Source of the DNA: Calditrichia bacterium
Lineage (GTDB): Bacteria; Calditrichota; Calditrichia; RBG-13-44-9; J075
Reading direction: 5' to 3'
Length of the DNA: 64,000 nt
Assembly: GCA_050633245.1 (NCBI GenBank)
Contig: JBOEGD010000001.1
Span: forward strand, 160,001-224,000
In this document: piece after piece, positions 27,857 to 38,324 of the stretch
Position numbering within the stretch: position 1 is the first letter of the stretch
Layout: every line of letters starts with the position of its first letter
Notes under the pieces: generated by a model
Databases searched by the model: none
What the model saw: only the letters and a program-made list of their open reading frames with translations
What the model was told of the DNA's origin: nothing
Translations under genes and position numbers: made by a program

Positions 27857-30800
27857 ATGTCCGACTACAAAAAAGTGATTATCCTTGGAAGTGCTGCGCT
27901 GAAGATTGGTGAAGCAGGCGAGTTTGATTACTCGGGAAGCCAGGCCATTAAGGCATTGAAAGAAGAAAACATCAAAACGGTGCTAATCAATCCCAATATT
28001 GCAACGATTCAAACGTCCGAGCACCTCGCCGACAAAATATATTACCTGCCCGTAAATCCCTACTTTGTTGAAAAGATTATTGAAAAAGAAAAGCCAGATG
28101 GCATTTTCCTGGCCTTTGGCGGGCAGACTGCGCTGAATTGCGGGCTGGAGTTATGGAAAGCCGGCGTGTTTGAAAAATATAATGTCGCGGTTTTGGGAAC
28201 GCCGGTTTCTGTTATTGAAAGCACGGAAGATCGGGCTCTTTTTGCAAAGAAACTTGCGGAGATAAATGTAAGCGTTCCGCGTAGCGAGGCAGCAAAGAAC
28301 AAAAAGGAAGCTGTGAAAATCGCCGAGAAAATGGGCTACCCGGTAATGATTCGCATTGCCTTTGCCTTGGGCGGGCTCGGCTCTGGAATCTGCACAAATC
28401 GCGAAGAAGTGGAAGAGTTGGCCGAAAAGGCCTTTGCTCATACCAAGCAGATTCTGGTAGAGGAATATCTGAAAGGTTGGAAAGAAATTGAATATGAAGT
28501 CGTTCGCGATCGCTACGATAACTGTATTACCGTCTGCAATATGGAAAATTTCGACCCGATGGGAATTCATACCGGAGAAAGTATTGTCGTTGCACCAAGT
28601 CAGACGCTGAACAACTCAGAATACCATATGCTGCGTGAAACGGCAATAAACGTGATCCGCCACCTGGGTGTTGTGGGCGAATGCAATATTCAATATGCAT
28701 TGAATCCACACTCTGAACAATTCCGCGTAATAGAAGTGAATGCCAGACTGTCGCGAAGTAGCGCGTTGGCTTCAAAAGCAACTGGTTATCCACTGGCATT
28801 TGTTGCAGCCAAGTTGGCATTGGGATATGGACTTGTGGATATCAAGAACAAGATCACTCAAACGACGATGGCTTGCTTCGAACCGGCATTGGACTATGTC
28901 GTAATCAAAATTCCGCGTTGGGATCTGAAAAAATTTGATAAAGTGTCTACCCGGCTTGGCTCTGCAATGAAGTCTGTTGGTGAAGTAATGGGAATTGGAC
29001 GCACCTTTGAAGAAGCATTGCAGAAGGCTCTTCGCATGCTGGAGATTGGCGTGAATGGGTTAGTGTGCAATGAGCGCATGCGCTTCAAAAATGTAAAAGA
29101 CGTGCTGAAAAACCCTACGGATGAGCGTGTCTTTGCCATTGCAACAGCGATGGAAGATGGTCTGGATCTCGAGAAGATTCACAACCTGACGCATATTGAC
29201 CGCTGGTTCTTATACAAAATAAAGCACATTGTCGATATCTCCGCACAACTACGAATCTACAGTGGTGGTGTTTGTCCACGCGGAATTTTGTCGGAAGCTA
29301 AAAGAGCGGGTTTTTCAGATCAGCAAATTGGTTTGCTACTCAGTTTGCCCGAACACGATGTGCGATCGCTTCGTTTTAATTATGACATTCAGCCGGTGGT
29401 TAAGCAAATTGATACGCTTGCAGCGGAATATCCGGCTCGCAGTAATTTTTTATATCTTACCTATAACGGAGATGTCAATGACGTAACAGCTCATGGAAAA
29501 AAGTCTGTCATGGTACTGGGCTCCGGCGTTTATCGCATTGGCAGCTCGGTCGAATTTGACTGGTGCTGCGTGAATGCGGTGATGGCTCTGAAGAGCATGG
29601 GCTACAATACGATTATGGTGAACTACAATCCCGAAACGGTGAGTACAGACTTTGATGAATGCGATCGGCTGTATTTTGAGGAAATGACGTTTGAGGCAAT
29701 CGAAGATATTTATCGAAAAGAAAAACCGATTGGCATTATTGTCTCGATGGGCGGACAGTCACCGAACAATCTGGCGCTACGTCTTCATGAGGCCGGAATG
29801 ACGATCCTGGGAACCCCTCCGGGAAAAATTGATCAGGCAGAGGATCGGCATAAATTTTCGTCACTTCTCGATACGCTAAAGATCGATCAGCCAGCCTGGA
29901 AAGAACTAACGTCTATTGCTGATGCGAAACAGTTTGCGAAGAAACATCAATTTCCACTACTGGTTCGTCCGTCTTATGTCCTTTCCGGATCGGCGATGGC
30001 AGTCGCGTACAATATGAAGGAGCTGGAACGGTTTCTGGCAAAAGCCGTCGATATTTCTCCGGAGCATCCAGTGGTTATTAGCAAGTTTATTGAGGATGCC
30101 AAAGAAATTGAATTTGACGGTGTTGCACAAAATGGGAAGCTGTTGGTCTATGCGATTTCAGAGCATGTAGAGAATGCCGGAACACACTCGGGCGATGCGA
30201 CTCTGGTATTGCCACCGCAGCGTACCTATCTGGAAACTCTGCGACGTATTCGAAATATTGCACGTGAAATTGCAGAGTCGCTCGCTATAACCGGGCCGTT
30301 CAATATGCAGTTTCTGGCGCGGAAAAATGCGGTTAAGGTGATTGAGCTTAATCTTCGCGCATCGCGTAGCTTTCCTTTTGCTTCAAAGTTATACAAAGTG
30401 AACTTCATCGATCTCGCGACACGAGCCATTATGGGCGAGACGTTGCAGGAGGTTGAGAAGTCGTTTATGGAGTTGGAGTATGTTGGTGTTAAGGCGCCGC
30501 AATTCTCATTTACGAGGCTCGAGGGTGCCGATCCAACATTGGGAGTTGAAATGGGGTCTACAGGAGAGGTCGGCTGTATTGGAGACGATTTTGAAGAGGC
30601 TTTCTTAAAGGCAATGCTTTCTGTCGGCACTAAAATAGACATTCGTTCCGTACTGCTTTCAACGGGTCCATTAGGTAATAAAGCAAAGTTTGTTGATGCG
30701 GCAAGAAACCTACAGGAATCTGGAATAACTCTATATGCTACTCACGGGACGGCTGCATTTATGAAGCAGTATGGCATTAAGGCCCGGGTTTTAAATTGGC

Positions 30801-31045
30801 CTCTTGAAAAGAAGAAACCAAATATTCTGCACTATTTGAGCGATGGAAAAATAGATATGGTTATCAATATTCCTAAAAATGCGCAGAAAGAGGAGCTGAC
30901 CAACGGCTATATAATTAGACGAAAGGCGGTCGACCTTGGCATTCCGCTTATCACAAATTTACAGCTGGCACAGCGCTTTGTAGAGGCGATAGTTTCCAAG
31001 TCTCTGGAAGACCTTCATATCAAAAGTTGGGATGAATATCGCTAA
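27857..31045 (+). CDS. carB: Carbamoyl-phosphate synthase large subunit
   Basis: AGEFDYSGSQA, ENFDPMGIHTGES, EVNARLSRSSALASKATGYP, NPETVSTD, RPSYVLSG; MGS domain at the C-terminus. Confidence 0.97.
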   Translation: MSDYKKVIILGSAALKIGEAGEFDYSGSQAIKALKEENIKTVLINPNIATIQTSEHLADKIYYLPVNPYFVEKIIEKEKPDGIFLAFGGQTALNCGLELWKAGVFEKYNVAVLGTPVSVIESTEDRALFAKKLAEINVSVPRSEAAKNKKEAVKIAEKMGYPVMIRIAFALGGLGSGICTNREEVEELAEKAFAHTKQILVEEYLKGWKEIEYEVVRDRYDNCITVCNMENFDPMGIHTGESIVVAPSQTLNNSEYHMLRETAINVIRHLGVVGECNIQYALNPHSEQFRVIEVNARLSRSSALASKATGYPLAFVAAKLALGYGLVDIKNKITQTTMACFEPALDYVVIKIPRWDLKKFDKVSTRLGSAMKSVGEVMGIGRTFEEALQKALRMLEIGVNGLVCNERMRFKNVKDVLKNPTDERVFAIATAMEDGLDLEKIHNLTHIDRWFLYKIKHIVDISAQLRIYSGGVCPRGILSEAKRAGFSDQQIGLLLSLPEHDVRSLRFNYDIQPVVKQIDTLAAEYPARSNFLYLTYNGDVNDVTAHGKKSVMVLGSGVYRIGSSVEFDWCCVNAVMALKSMGYNTIMVNYNPETVSTDFDECDRLYFEEMTFEAIEDIYRKEKPIGIIVSMGGQSPNNLALRLHEAGMTILGTPPGKIDQAEDRHKFSSLLDTLKIDQPAWKELTSIADAKQFAKKHQFPLLVRPSYVLSGSAMAVAYNMKELERFLAKAVDISPEHPVVISKFIEDAKEIEFDGVAQNGKLLVYAISEHVENAGTHSGDATLVLPPQRTYLETLRRIRNIAREIAESLAITGPFNMQFLARKNAVKVIELNLRASRSFPFASKLYKVNFIDLATRAIMGETLQEVEKSFMELEYVGVKAPQFSFTRLEGADPTLGVEMGSTGEVGCIGDDFEEAFLKAMLSVGTKIDIRSVLLSTGPLGNKAKFVDAARNLQESGITLYATHGTAAFMKQYGIKARVLNWPLEKKKPNILHYLSDGKIDMVINIPKNAQKEELTNGYIIRRKAVDLGIPLITNLQLAQRFVEAIVSKSLEDLHIKSWDEYR

Positions 31046-31281
31046 GAGCATCATATATCCATGTGGCGCAATGTGAGAAATATCATATGTTATTTTATGG
31101 CTGCCCGTATCTTTTACGATTAAATCTGGATTTACCTCTTTGGGAATGGATGACGCACACATAAATAGTTCACGTTAAGATCGCTATATAATCGGTAGTG
31201 AACGGAATCATTTTAGTGCCTCCCAAACTTGACGTGTTGTAAAATCATGATTTTTTCACTAAAGGTTGAGAAGCTCTTTCG

Positions 31282-32244
31282 ATGGCTCGAATTATTCTTA
31301 CCGGATCGACCGGTTTTGTCGGTAGACATGTACTTGAGGCGCTTCTGGAAGAAGGGCATATGATTTTTGCTCCGGTGCGAAACACCGAAGATTTGGCTGC
31401 GTACGCAGGTATAGAAGGTCTTGTTGTCAAAAAAGGATCATTTTATAGTAAGTCCATGATACAGATGTATGAGCAATTTCAACCCGATATCGTTATGCAT
31501 TTTGCCGGTATTAAACAAGGGCGATATAGCAAGAAAGAATATAATTCCATCAATGTGCGAGGGACCGAGGTTCTGGCTCAGTTTGCTCTGCGAGCACAGC
31601 TCGAACGATTCATCTTTTGCAGCACCGTTGGAATTTACGGAAGTGTTCCGGGCCGCATCCCGGCAGATGCCTGGACTCCTGCCTCTCCAGACAATGAATA
31701 TCAACGCTCGAAGTATCGCGCGGAGAAAACGCTCGTGAACCTATTGCGCAATCAGGTTCCCTTTGTCATTCTTCGTCCAACTGTAACCTATGGTGAAGGT
31801 GATGCCGGGTTTCTTTATAAACTTGCCAATCTTATTCGCAAGCGTCGTATCCCGCTGGTGCGTGACCAAATTCTAATTCATTTATTAGATGTTCAAACGA
31901 TTGCCGAGCTCGTAAAGCAGATTGTTCGATCGACACCTGAAAATGAATGTATTCTGAATATTGCTGATGCAAATCCGGTAATGCTCGATAAGCTGGTAAA
32001 TCGTATTCACAGTCATTTTCACGGCGCTGAATATCCAGGTTACCTGGTTTGGAATCCCACGGTTTATAACGTGGGAAGACGCTTCTCCAAGGTCCTGAAT
32101 ATGGATAAAATGGACAATCAGATTCAGCTTCTATCAAACTCCTGGTATTACGACACATCAAATTTAGAAGCGCAATTTGCCATTCCACAACGAGATACTC
32201 TCACCCAAATTCAGCGTTATCTCACCGAAAAAGTCTTCGATTAA
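31282..32244 (+). CDS. NAD-dependent epimerase/dehydratase (extended SDR)
   Basis: TGSTGFVG, NVRGT, YQRSK (YxxxK), LRPTVTYG. Confidence 0.88.
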   Translation: MARIILTGSTGFVGRHVLEALLEEGHMIFAPVRNTEDLAAYAGIEGLVVKKGSFYSKSMIQMYEQFQPDIVMHFAGIKQGRYSKKEYNSINVRGTEVLAQFALRAQLERFIFCSTVGIYGSVPGRIPADAWTPASPDNEYQRSKYRAEKTLVNLLRNQVPFVILRPTVTYGEGDAGFLYKLANLIRKRRIPLVRDQILIHLLDVQTIAELVKQIVRSTPENECILNIADANPVMLDKLVNRIHSHFHGAEYPGYLVWNPTVYNVGRRFSKVLNMDKMDNQIQLLSNSWYYDTSNLEAQFAIPQRDTLTQIQRYLTEKVFD

Positions 32245-32749
32245 GCCCTTCTTTTTTTCCAAAATTCTCTGCTCATTTTTGCAAATCAATTTTTACCGTT
32301 TTGCCGTTAGGTAGAATTAATACGACAAAGATATAATTGTGATATGCCACAATGGTAAAATAGTGATTGAGAGTATTTTTCAGCATTCCAACAGGCTCAA
32401 CGAATGGATTCGCCGAGCCATACGAAATGCCCCTTCGTGATGGAAATATGGTGCCTGAAACCTCTGGGATAGGGGAGGCACCTGCTTTGTGCCTGGCAAT
32501 CCTAAGCTTGTCACAGACTTGATCTTTGTGTACTACTTCTGTCGCTATTGCCCGGTGACGTTAATCGTGGTTACGACTGTCTTGATACCCCAGCCAAATC
32601 AAGCATAGTTCTGGAATCTCCAGTGTTTATTTAGTAAAACGATGCAAATTTTAATTGCTAAAAATGGTATGCCGGAATGGCGATAATGGAAATAGTGGTT
32701 TCAAAGATTAAACCATTACTGAGATTATTTTGTTAATGGAGTAACAACG

Positions 32750-33361
32750 TTGGGTAATTCTACGATCTTTTATAAGTGCTTCTTAATTTTTACGCTTTGG
32801 TGCTTTCCGGTTCTATCTCAAAACATTGGACCTGGCGATGGCGTTCGCCTTACACTTTACAATATTAGTGATCCACTTACGGGCGACTACTATGTACAGG
32901 AAGACTGGCACATCCAGTTGCCCTATATTGGCCTTGTCGATGTTCGGCAGCGTGAGATCAACGAGATTCGCAACGAGATATTTGAAAAATACGCGAAGAT
33001 TTATCGAAATCCAGAACTCACTGTAAGGGCGCTTTACAGAATTAATGTTCTTGGCGAGATAAAAAATCCCGGGGTCTACTTCGTAACAGGAGTTGAGAAA
33101 ATTTCAGATTTGCTTGCGGAAGCAGGTGGCGAAACGCGTGACGCCAGTATTAACAAGATTTTTTTTATTCGCGAAGATCAAAAGATGGACATTGACGGCA
33201 AAGCAATTTTGGAACAAGGGAAACGTTTGAATGATATCGGTCTGCGTTCAGGAGATCAAATTTATATTCCGCGAAAACGCTGGTTGTCGTTTCGCAACGC
33301 ATCTGTATTGATTTCGGCCTTGGCGCTATCGATTGCTATTTACGACCGTAGCGGAAATTGA
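32750..33361 (+). CDS. wza: Polysaccharide export protein (Wza-like; Poly_export + SLBB)
   Basis: IGPGD, I.LPYIG.V, NP...V, V.GE...PG.Y, AGG, L.SGD.IYIP; directly upstream of wzc. Confidence 0.85.
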   Translation: MGNSTIFYKCFLIFTLWCFPVLSQNIGPGDGVRLTLYNISDPLTGDYYVQEDWHIQLPYIGLVDVRQREINEIRNEIFEKYAKIYRNPELTVRALYRINVLGEIKNPGVYFVTGVEKISDLLAEAGGETRDASINKIFFIREDQKMDIDGKAILEQGKRLNDIGLRSGDQIYIPRKRWLSFRNASVLISALALSIAIYDRSGN

Positions 33362-33399
33362 GATAAAGCATTAATTGAGCTAGAGATTGGGTTTGTAGT

Positions 33400-35892
33400 A
33401 TGAATAATGGAAGTATGACGAGCAATGGGCATCACGATTTTTCCGCCAATGGAACGAATACAAGAACTATTGGAATGCCGGAAATCCTGCAAATTCTAAA
33501 AAGACAAAAATGGTTGCTGATTGGTATCACTATCATTATGGTTCTACTGGCTCTTCTCTACAACCTCTTTTCAACTCCGGTCTATCGTGCTGCAACGATG
33601 ATAAAAAAGGAAAAGCCGCTTAAGGACTACGGCAGCGATGATGTAAGTAAGATTATCCAAATGGGCTCGCCGGATGAGATTGAAACTGAAATAGAAATTC
33701 TTAAAACCCGCGCTGTTTTGGATAAAGTTGTTGATGAGCTTATGCTGTTTTTTCACGTGGGTAAAATTGATCTTCCCAATACGCCGGTTCAAGAATACAA
33801 TATGGATTTGGCCGATTTTAAGGAACTTTATACAAACTTTTATGAGAACCCGGCCTGGTGGCCAAGATTCTCTGAATTTGCATTTATGCCGGGTTATGAA
33901 GGCGGCAGCTACTTTATTGATATATCCAGCGACACATTAAGGCTCTTTAATGCAGAAGAGCTACGCGTTTTGAACGTAATCACCAATAGCAAAAATGCCC
34001 GCTTTCAGGCTGAAGGCGTTGGGTTTACTGTTGACTGCAGTAAAATAATTTCCGGATCGCAAATCTATTTTTCCCTGAAAGACCCGGATGTCGCCATTCT
34101 CGATCTGAAAAATAATATTGAAGTCGATGCCTTACGCAAGACCAGCATCTTCCGCGTCTCTGCGGAATCGCACTCTCCATATATGGCCATGTTGTTGGCG
34201 AATACGTTGGCAGATAAGTTCCGCGAAACGCGCCTGGAGCATAAGCGACAGACCATCCGCTATTCGTACGACTTTGTTGATAAGCAACTTGAAGAGATTA
34301 ACGCGAATCTGAAGGCTGCGGAAGCTGAGCTAAGCGGGTTTCGCAGTAAGAATCAAATTGTAGCAATCGATGAAACCTCGCGTGGGACCATCGAGTTTCT
34401 AAGCAATTTGGAATCGGAAAAAGTTAAGACTGATCTGCAGTTAGCAGAGTATCGCAATCGACATAAAGCGCTCTCGGATGCTGTTGGTGAGACAGGCTAC
34501 TTCGATCAAACATACTTGACGCCAACTCAATCCGATCAACGCGATTCGCCTTTTTCGGTCTTACTGAGGCAGCTTTCCGAAGCAGAGCTCGAACGCCTTG
34601 AGCTTCTGCAAAAGCGAACGGATAATCACCCTGATGTTTTGGCAATAGACCAGCGAATTGAGCAGATAAAAACCCGCTTGGCCGGATTTAATCAAAATAC
34701 GATCACTTCCTACCAGGTATTCATTACGTCGCTTGAACAGAAACAGCGGGATCTGCGACGCCTTATTCGCAAATACGAATCTAAAATTAAAGCTCTTCCG
34801 GCATTTGAAACGCGGTTGCTGAGCCTGAATCGCAAAAAAGGCGTCTATGAAAAAATGTTTGTTCAGCTTTTGGATAAGCGTGAAGAAATGCGGATGGCTG
34901 AACTTTCTAAGCTTCAGGATATTGTCATTGTAGACCCGGCAGATGTACCCTATCGTCCGGTTCGACCGCGCCAGCGTTTTAATCTGTTCTTTGGATTGGT
35001 TTTTGGTCTTATGTGTGGATTAGTAACAATTTTCTGGCGAGAGTTGCGCAGTGATACGATCCGTAGCATAAACGAGATTGAAGATGTATACGGCCTTCCG
35101 GTGATGTCGATTCTACCGGTTTATCCGAAGCAATATATTCGCGAAATTGATAATGAGTTTACTCTGGAAAACCATCTCGAGCTGCTTACCGATGCCGAGT
35201 TTGGCTATAAGGAAGCATATCGCGTGTTGCGAACGCGATTGTCGCATACTCTGAAGGATAACAAGATTTTCATGGTGTCCAGCTGTGAAGAGAATACCGG
35301 GAAAACCACAGTTCTCACAAATTACGCAGTTGCTTTAGCACTTGCTGAAAAGAAGGTGTTGGTAATTGACTGCGACCTGCGCAAGCCGAAGGTTGGAGAA
35401 TTTTTTGGTCTGCCATATCGCTCTCCGGGGCTAATTGGTTTTTTGACCAGGGAAACGCCCAGGCCAACCATCTATACACCTTTTGAAAAGATAAACGGTC
35501 GTAAGATAAAGCTCGATGTTATTCCTTCTGGCGGCACTGTAGACAATTCCAGTGAGCTTCTGGATTCTGAAGAGTTCCGAATGTTCTTGAACGACATTGC
35601 AACGTATTATGATTATGTATTAATCGATACGCCGCCGGTAACACGAACGGTAGATGCTCTGGTCGTTGGCGGATTTATTAAGGAAATGGTGTTTATTATT
35701 CGCCCCAACCTTACGCATAAAGATAGCCTGGCCGGTGCCTTGCAAGACCTGAGACAGTTTGATGTGAACGTCTTGGGAACGGTTGTAAACGCCTGCGATG
35801 AGAAGCTCATGAAAGAACAGTACCGACACGGTTATAGCTATGGATATGGATATCAATATCAGGATCAACCGGATACCGGACGGATTCTGTAA
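33400..35892 (+). CDS. wzc: Polysaccharide co-polymerase / tyrosine autokinase
   Basis: Two TM helices flanking a coiled-coil domain; EAYRVLRT, Walker A ENTGKTT, IDCDLRKP, IDTPP, C-terminal Tyr cluster YRHGYSYGYGYQY. Confidence 0.95.
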   Translation: MNNGSMTSNGHHDFSANGTNTRTIGMPEILQILKRQKWLLIGITIIMVLLALLYNLFSTPVYRAATMIKKEKPLKDYGSDDVSKIIQMGSPDEIETEIEILKTRAVLDKVVDELMLFFHVGKIDLPNTPVQEYNMDLADFKELYTNFYENPAWWPRFSEFAFMPGYEGGSYFIDISSDTLRLFNAEELRVLNVITNSKNARFQAEGVGFTVDCSKIISGSQIYFSLKDPDVAILDLKNNIEVDALRKTSIFRVSAESHSPYMAMLLANTLADKFRETRLEHKRQTIRYSYDFVDKQLEEINANLKAAEAELSGFRSKNQIVAIDETSRGTIEFLSNLESEKVKTDLQLAEYRNRHKALSDAVGETGYFDQTYLTPTQSDQRDSPFSVLLRQLSEAELERLELLQKRTDNHPDVLAIDQRIEQIKTRLAGFNQNTITSYQVFITSLEQKQRDLRRLIRKYESKIKALPAFETRLLSLNRKKGVYEKMFVQLLDKREEMRMAELSKLQDIVIVDPADVPYRPVRPRQRFNLFFGLVFGLMCGLVTIFWRELRSDTIRSINEIEDVYGLPVMSILPVYPKQYIREIDNEFTLENHLELLTDAEFGYKEAYRVLRTRLSHTLKDNKIFMVSSCEENTGKTTVLTNYAVALALAEKKVLVIDCDLRKPKVGEFFGLPYRSPGLIGFLTRETPRPTIYTPFEKINGRKIKLDVIPSGGTVDNSSELLDSEEFRMFLNDIATYYDYVLIDTPPVTRTVDALVVGGFIKEMVFIIRPNLTHKDSLAGALQDLRQFDVNVLGTVVNACDEKLMKEQYRHGYSYGYGYQYQDQPDTGRIL

Positions 35893-35950
35893 AATAGACT
35901 ACTCGCATTCCTGGTAGTCTTAACACTAAACGGATTTTGCAGGTTGGGAA

Positions 35951-37267
35951 TTGAAGCTGTTAACTCGTACATCCTTACCTCATGCTTCGGAAAAGCTGGA
36001 TACAGTTGTTACGAAGCATAATGGCTGGTATGCCATAGAGGACTTTAAGCTATTTCTCAGACGTGAGCGCGAGCGTGAGCAGCGCACCGGCTGGGTTACG
36101 GCTTTTGTCTCTATTTCATTACCAAACTATCAGAAACGTTCGTCGGCTATTTCTAACCGAAGTTACGATCGCTTTTTGGCTCAATTTATTGGTATCATTG
36201 CCAATAATACACGTGATGCCGATATCAAGGCCATCTCAGATAATTATCGCATTTCATTACTGCTGGTCGATACCTCAATGGATCAGGCTAAGCAATTCAT
36301 TGATAAAATTTCTAAGATTCTGTCAGAGTATTTTAAGGGAGAGAACGTTGATCAAGAGCTTCAACTACTCCAAAATGTTCTCATTGCTTCCTATGCTCTT
36401 AGCTCGATAGATAATGGTGGAGAAGTACGCGGTGACGCTATTTCCCTCAAGCATTTCAGATTTCAGGATGAAGTGGATGGGCCAGCGCCTGAGAACGGCA
36501 AGCTTAATAACGCAACGCCTGCTGATGACAGCTTCTATTTTAATTGGGGAATTTTTAGTGCGTCTACACAGCCGTCTCAATTAGACCCGGCACTGACAGC
36601 AGGCCGGACGAAACAATCTTATCATACAGCCTATCCTTTTCTGAAAAGATGTGTCGACATAATTGGCAGCCTTGTGGGAATTCTTCTCTTTCTACCACTG
36701 ATGGTATTGATTGGAGTCCTTGTTAAATTCACATCTAAAGGACCAATGCTGTTTAAACAAAAACGGATTGGATATCGTGGAGAAATCTTTACCTTCTTGA
36801 AATTCCGCTCTATGCGCACGGATATGGATGATTCGATCCATCGGGAATACGTTACCAAGCTGATTGAAGGAAAGAACGATCAGATAAACAATGGCTCGGG
36901 CGAGGATCCTGTGTATAAAATTACACACGATCCACGAATAACCAAGATTGGTGGCTTTCTAAGGAAAACCAGTCTGGATGAAATACCACAATTTTTCAAT
37001 GTGCTGAGTGGGAAAATGAGCTTGGTTGGTCCACGACCACCGATTCCCTATGAAGTAGACATGTATGAAGACTGGCATTTGCGTCGAATCATGGAAGCAA
37101 AGCCGGGTATTACCGGATTGTGGCAGGTATATGGCCGCAATCAGACAACATTTGATGAGATGGTGCGCCTCGATCTCCAATATATAAAGAAACGATCCAT
37201 CCTTCTGGATCTGAAACTGATTCTACAAACGATTACGGTACTATTTAACCCTGGAGCAGGGTTGTAA
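35951..37267 (+). CDS. Priming polyprenyl-phosphate sugar phosphotransferase with an N-terminal degenerate GGDEF-like domain
   Basis: KRCVDI, KFRSM, DPRIT, RKTSLDEIPQ, MSLVGPRP, KPGITGLWQV. The ~220-aa N-terminal extension carries a GGDEF-fold pattern. Confidence 0.9.
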   Translation: MKLLTRTSLPHASEKLDTVVTKHNGWYAIEDFKLFLRREREREQRTGWVTAFVSISLPNYQKRSSAISNRSYDRFLAQFIGIIANNTRDADIKAISDNYRISLLLVDTSMDQAKQFIDKISKILSEYFKGENVDQELQLLQNVLIASYALSSIDNGGEVRGDAISLKHFRFQDEVDGPAPENGKLNNATPADDSFYFNWGIFSASTQPSQLDPALTAGRTKQSYHTAYPFLKRCVDIIGSLVGILLFLPLMVLIGVLVKFTSKGPMLFKQKRIGYRGEIFTFLKFRSMRTDMDDSIHREYVTKLIEGKNDQINNGSGEDPVYKITHDPRITKIGGFLRKTSLDEIPQFFNVLSGKMSLVGPRPPIPYEVDMYEDWHLRRIMEAKPGITGLWQVYGRNQTTFDEMVRLDLQYIKKRSILLDLKLILQTITVLFNPGAGL

Positions 37268-37282
37268 TGGAAGGAGAAATGA

Positions 37283-38323
37283 ATGCTTAAAGTTGGAGTC
37301 GTTGGATGTGGGTACTGGGGCCCAAACCTGATTAGAAATTTTCGAAATGCAAAAGACTGCACGGTTGTTATGTGTGCGGACAAGAATGAAGAACGTCTTG
37401 CTAAAATGAAATCACTTTATCCGGAAGTAGAAACGACCACGGATCATCGCGATCTATTGCGCGGAGATATTGCTGCCGTTGCTATCGCAACACCGGTGTG
37501 GACACATTTTCCGCTCGCCAAGGAGTTCCTAAATGCGGGTAAACATGTTTTTATCGAAAAGCCGATTACGCCCTCAGCTAATGAATGCCTGGAATTGATT
37601 GATCTTGCCGAAAAGAAGAATCGCAAGCTAATGGTAGGGCATACGTTTGAGTATACGGCAGCGGTAAATAAAATACGCGAAATTGTGCGCAGTGGAGAGC
37701 TTGGCGATATTATGTATATCAGCAGCACGCGCGTAAACCTGGGGCTTTTTCAGCCGGATATCAATGTGATCTGGGATCTGGCGCCACACGATATTTCCAT
37801 TATTTCATATGTGCTTGGTAAAGATCCGGTCTCGGTGAACGCCCAGGGAAGTGCACACTTCAAGGAGGATATTGAAGATGTGGCAATGACGACGCTGAAT
37901 TACGATAATGGCACAATTGCCTTTCTACATAATAGTTGGTTAGACCCCAACAAAATTCGCAACATGGTCTTTGTCGGAAGTAAGAAGATGCTCGTTTACG
38001 ATGATATCAGTCCAAACGAGAAGATCAAGATTTATGACAAGGGTGTGGATAAACCGAAATACTATGACAGCTTTGCAGAATTTCAGTTTTCCTACCGCTA
38101 TGGTGACATTTATATTCCACGAGTCGAGGAAACAGAAGCCCTTAACAGCGAATGTAATCACTTCCTTAATGCTATTCGAAACGATACCACGCCACGCAGC
38201 GATGGCTATAGTGGACTCAGAGTTGTGCGCATTATTGAAGCCGCATGCAAATCTTTGCGTGAAAACGGATCGGCAGTTCCTTTAGAGCCGCTGGAAAAGC
38301 TTCAAGCAGTAGAGGAGAATTAA
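37283..38323 (+). CDS. Gfo/Idh/MocA oxidoreductase (WbpB/WlbA-like sugar-nucleotide 3-dehydrogenase)
   Basis: GCGYWGPN, ATP, EKP, MVGH, WDLAPHD. Confidence 0.88.
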   Translation: MLKVGVVGCGYWGPNLIRNFRNAKDCTVVMCADKNEERLAKMKSLYPEVETTTDHRDLLRGDIAAVAIATPVWTHFPLAKEFLNAGKHVFIEKPITPSANECLELIDLAEKKNRKLMVGHTFEYTAAVNKIREIVRSGELGDIMYISSTRVNLGLFQPDINVIWDLAPHDISIISYVLGKDPVSVNAQGSAHFKEDIEDVAMTTLNYDNGTIAFLHNSWLDPNKIRNMVFVGSKKMLVYDDISPNEKIKIYDKGVDKPKYYDSFAEFQFSYRYGDIYIPRVEETEALNSECNHFLNAIRNDTTPRSDGYSGLRVVRIIEAACKSLRENGSAVPLEPLEKLQAVEEN

Positions 38324-38324
38324 G

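Noticed and set aside
32390-32600. 6S RNA or c-di-GMP riboswitch
   Set aside because: I could not find the diagnostic motifs or long-range pairing; kept only as an unassigned structured leader.
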